The notes under the pieces were generated by a model. It ran no database searches. It was not told the origin of the DNA and saw only the letters and a list, made by a program, of their open reading frames with translations. A program made the position numbers and the translations under genes. Below are positions 59,694-64,000 of a stretch of 64,000 nt of DNA, piece after piece. Positions within the stretch are counted from its first letter, which is position 1. Every line of letters starts with the position of its first letter. The stretch is from the NCBI GenBank assembly GCA_951406725.2, contig OX597825.1:81158001-81222000 (forward strand). Reading direction: 5' to 3'. The stretch comes from Octopus vulgaris. Taxonomy: Eukaryota.

Positions 59694-60366
59694 TGTATGT
59701 ATGTATGTATGCATTTATGTATGTATATATGTATGTATGTATGTTTGTATGTATGAATGTCTGTCTGTCTGTATGTATGTATGTAAGTATAGAACACATG
59801 AATATATGTATGCATATATGTTTGGAAGAGCCGTATTTTGTACAATTTAGAGGGAATATATTTACCATTATTGCTGCTGTTATCCATTTGTAAGGTTGGG
59901 GTACGGCGCTAGAGTTGGAGAGGGTTCAATGGAAAGATGGATGTCTTTAGTTTGATATTTACGGTAATGCGTTTGCTGTTAACACATCACTTTAGTTGTC
60001 GGTTTAACCATCTACATCTCCGTTTATGTTCATATACCTACATCCATACGTGACGATGTATATGTGAGCCATACGTACATTTGTGTGTGTTTGTGTGTGT
60101 TGCTTTTTTTCAGTCCTAAACAAATTCCTTCAATTTGTATTCTTGACAAAAAAAAAATGAAGGACGTAGCTTAAATATTGTCAAAAATAAAGTGCACTAG
60201 ATCATAGCGATAGTGTTGGTGATATACACAGTCATACATACATACGTGCATACATACATACATACATACATACATACATACATACATACATACATACATA
60301 CATACATACATACATACATACACACACACATACATGGATAGATACATACATATATATGTGTATTCG

Positions 60367-60435
<69 letters not shown>

Positions 60436-60437
60436 GT

Positions 60438-60489
<52 letters not shown>

Positions 60490-60576
60490 TATATGTATAT
60501 ATACATACACATATATGTGTGTGTGCATGTATGTGTGTGTGTACATATATTTGTGCGTATGAGTATATATGTATAT

Positions 60577-60631
<55 letters not shown>

Positions 60632-60988
60632 CATGTGTGTGTGTATAGTCACGTACATACAAACCACTCTACATTGCAAAAACACACAGAGAATAATGAA
60701 AGAAATCATATAACAACAAAAATATGTGAGTATGAAAAACAGAAATACAAAAAAAAACCCCAAAATGTTCGTAAGTAATAACAATAACAATCACAACAAC
60801 AACAACAACAAAAATAACACCGAAAATGATCATATCAACAACAAAAACAACAGCAACAACACCAACAACAATAATAATAATTGTAACAATAATATTAACA
60901 TCGTCAACAACAACAACAATAATAATTGTAATAATAATAATTGTAATAATATTAACAACAACAATAATAATGATGATGACAATAATAA

Positions 60989-61087
<99 letters not shown>

Positions 61088-61746
61088 TGATGATAATAAT
61101 AATAATAATAATAACTAATAATAATAATGGCACAAAAATATACGACCGTTTATTTTTTTTTTCTATTTTTTGAAGCGACTTTGATTTTCGCAAAACATTT
61201 ATAATGCTCACATTACTGGGAACATTCAAAAACCAGATAAATGGTTATGGTTAATACCATACGTTTATTTTTTTTTTGATTCTCTGATGGCAGGGACGGG
61301 CATGGCGGGTATGGCGGGCGAGAAAGAGAACAAGATTTATTTCTAATTTTATTTACGTATTTATATTAACGAAAATGTAGTTCGTGTGTCTTTCTTACTT
61401 TTTATTTTATTGTTTTTTTTTGCAAGTGTTTTCGTTTGTTGTCTATATTTTTTTTGTGTATTTTATTTTATTTTTACTTTTCATAAAGTTGGTTTGTTCA
61501 TTTGCGTATGTATCTATTTGTCTATATATATTTATTTACAAATTTTGGTATTTCGAGTTAATTCATTGTTAATAAATAATAAAGTGTGAGATACACATGG
61601 TGAGAAAGGGGGGGGAAGAGAAGAAAGGAAGAGAAAGAAGGAAAAAGAGAGAGTGAGTGAGAGATATAAACAAAATCTACCGCTTTGATCTCAAATTTGA
61701 GGAACCGCTGTTTTATATCTTGCTTTGCCCTCATTTTAATTATTGT

Positions 61747-61790
<44 letters not shown>

Positions 61791-61904
61791 TATCCATATG
61801 TGTATATTCATATACATATATATACACGTATACATATCTACCTACGTACATGTATATATGTGTGCATATATATATATACATATGTATATATATATATATA
61901 TACA

Positions 61905-62024
<120 letters not shown>

Positions 62025-62151
62025 GGTATGTATATGTATATGTTATTGTATGCCTGACACTATTGAAACCCTTGTACTTTTCCCTGGTAATGGGCTCTCT
62101 TAATTTATATAGCCGTCATGAGTCACTTTTGCTGCGTAAAAATATACACTT

Positions 62152-62218
<67 letters not shown>

Positions 62219-62815
62219 ATATATTTCGTTATTAAAAGGCAATTTTCATAACTTTTAAATTGTTATTGCAACGGTTTTTTTTTATGGTTTGTGTTGTTGG
62301 TTTTCCATCATCGTCATCGCCAACTCTGCTGACGACGTCGGATTCATTAATATTGTTGTCATAGGTTGCTATATACTTTTCTAATTTTTTTTCTCCATTT
62401 ATTTCATTGCACCATTGTATTATTCATCTTTTTTTTTTTTTATAATTTTTTTATTCGGTTTATGTTGTTATTATTGTTGTTGTTGTTTTTTGTCGCTGAA
62501 ATTATTCTTACTTACTGGCTTGATCGTTTTGCCCAGGGGAGGATTCGAAATCAGCACTAACAACGTACAAAGTAATAAATGAAAAATTAATAAATTAAAA
62601 TAAAAATAAAACGAAATAAAGTATATAATAGACGAATAAAATTTAATTATAGACTGTCTCTGCAGAGCCCTCACCATAATATATTATAGCGACCTTCGAC
62701 CTCCTATGTCAGATATAATGCTGCACCACACATGGAAACAGAAAACCATCTCTCCAACCCTTTTCCAGATGACATCTACAGCTTAATATCCCTCCAAAGG
62801 GTTAATATGGCTTCC

Positions 62816-62853
<38 letters not shown>

Positions 62854-62866
62854 AATATATATATAT

Positions 62867-63226
62867 ATATTTCTTTATTACCCACAAGGAGCTAAATATA
62901 GAGGGGAGTAACAAGGACAGACAAAGGGATTAAATCGATTACATCGATCCTAGTGCGAAACTGGTACTTATTTATCGACCCCGAGAGGATGAAAGTCAAA
63001 GTCGACCTCGGCGGAATTTAAACACAGAGAGAACAACCAAGGACAGACAAACGGATTAAGTCGATTATATCGATCCCAGTTTCGTAACTGGTACTTATTT
63101 AATTGACCCCGAAAGGAAGAAAGGCAAAGTCGACCTCGGCGGAATTTGAACTCAGAACGTAACGGCAGACGAAATACCGCCAAGCATTTCGCCTGGTGCG
63201 CTAACGTTTCTGCCAGCTCGCCGCCT
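62867..63226 (-). mobile_element. SINE A partial dimer with TSD
   Basis: TSD TATGGCTTCCTACATATA 62806-62823 / TATGGCTGCCTACATATA 63227-63244. (TA)n has expanded at the tail side. Confidence 0.88.
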
Positions 63227-63488
63227 TATGGCTGCCTACATATAATCGCTCGAACGCTGTTCTGTTAGGAGCAGCAGGCATTTTCCTCTTAGGATACTCC
63301 CTTATGTTGGAATATTTGGTCCTAGACGTGCAAATATATGTAACCGTCAAGGGTGAAATATGTTCAGTTGTCGTCGTACTTGGCTAGGACGGACTGAAGC
63401 TAGCCATGAAAAAGTTTCGTAGCTACTATCAATTTTACAACCAGAAAACCGGCAAGATGTAATGTATGCATATGAATATTACATATAT

Positions 63489-63521
<33 letters not shown>

Positions 63522-63732
63522 GTTATGTTATATTCTAGAGTACAGTATAAAGTTCGCCCATCTTCAGATTTCACTGTCAGATTTGAGTTGGGGCTTCTGT
63601 AGTGTGTGAATGGGTAATTGTATAGGTCGGAGTCAACAGAAAGGAATACAGTTGCACATTTATTTCTAATCACTGCAATTGTGCAAATAAATACCCAACT
63701 GTACTCCTTCTTGTTGACTCCATCTTATTCAA

Positions 63733-63861
<129 letters not shown>

Positions 63862-63942
63862 TAAGTGATCAGACAAAAGAATGTAGCACTCAGCTCATCT
63901 GTTTGAAGTTACCTGTATTTAATAAGAGACTTCCATAGCTTC

Positions 63943-63992
63943 ACATTACTCAAAGTTTTGTGGGCGTAGAACCTACCTACATCATCAGATGT
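63943..63992 (-). ncRNA. Type I hammerhead motif with one core mutation
   Basis: rc ACAT-CTGATGA-tGTAGGT..GCCCAC-AAAA-CTT T GAG-TA-ATGT, followed by an ~85-nt tail with ATTAAA ending in (TA)n at about 63858. Confidence 0.65.
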
Positions 63993-64000
63993 TCGGCGTG

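Noticed and set aside
63388-63422. CTGAAGC..GAAA..TT motif
   Set aside because: Core mismatch, no convincing stem II or III.

Overview
This is an AT-rich, microsatellite-dense animal genomic window that is intronic or intergenic. The SINE content and repeat style suggest a cephalopod (Octopus-like) genome, but that is inference. No intact host gene, rRNA, true tRNA or CRISPR array is supported, and nearly all listed ORFs are translations of simple repeats. The non-simple sequence is mostly mobile-element debris: at least three tRNA-derived SINE families (Deu/Nin-like, CORE-like with an internal microsatellite, and CORE/V-like), mariner and DD41D transposon relics, MITEs, two non-autonomous Helitrons, and RTE, CR1-like and R4/Dong-like LINE fragments. 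The most interesting signal is a dispersed set of short elements embedded in (TA)n tracts. They carry minimal type I hammerhead ribozyme cores and/or fold-back inverted 5' arms, and the fold-back points fall at or next to the ribozyme. They are best read as Penelope-like retroelement termini or non-autonomous derivatives. A second notable pattern is a SINE that forms head-to-tail multimers through one recurrent palindromic junction. All coordinates were read by eye and may be off by a few bases.
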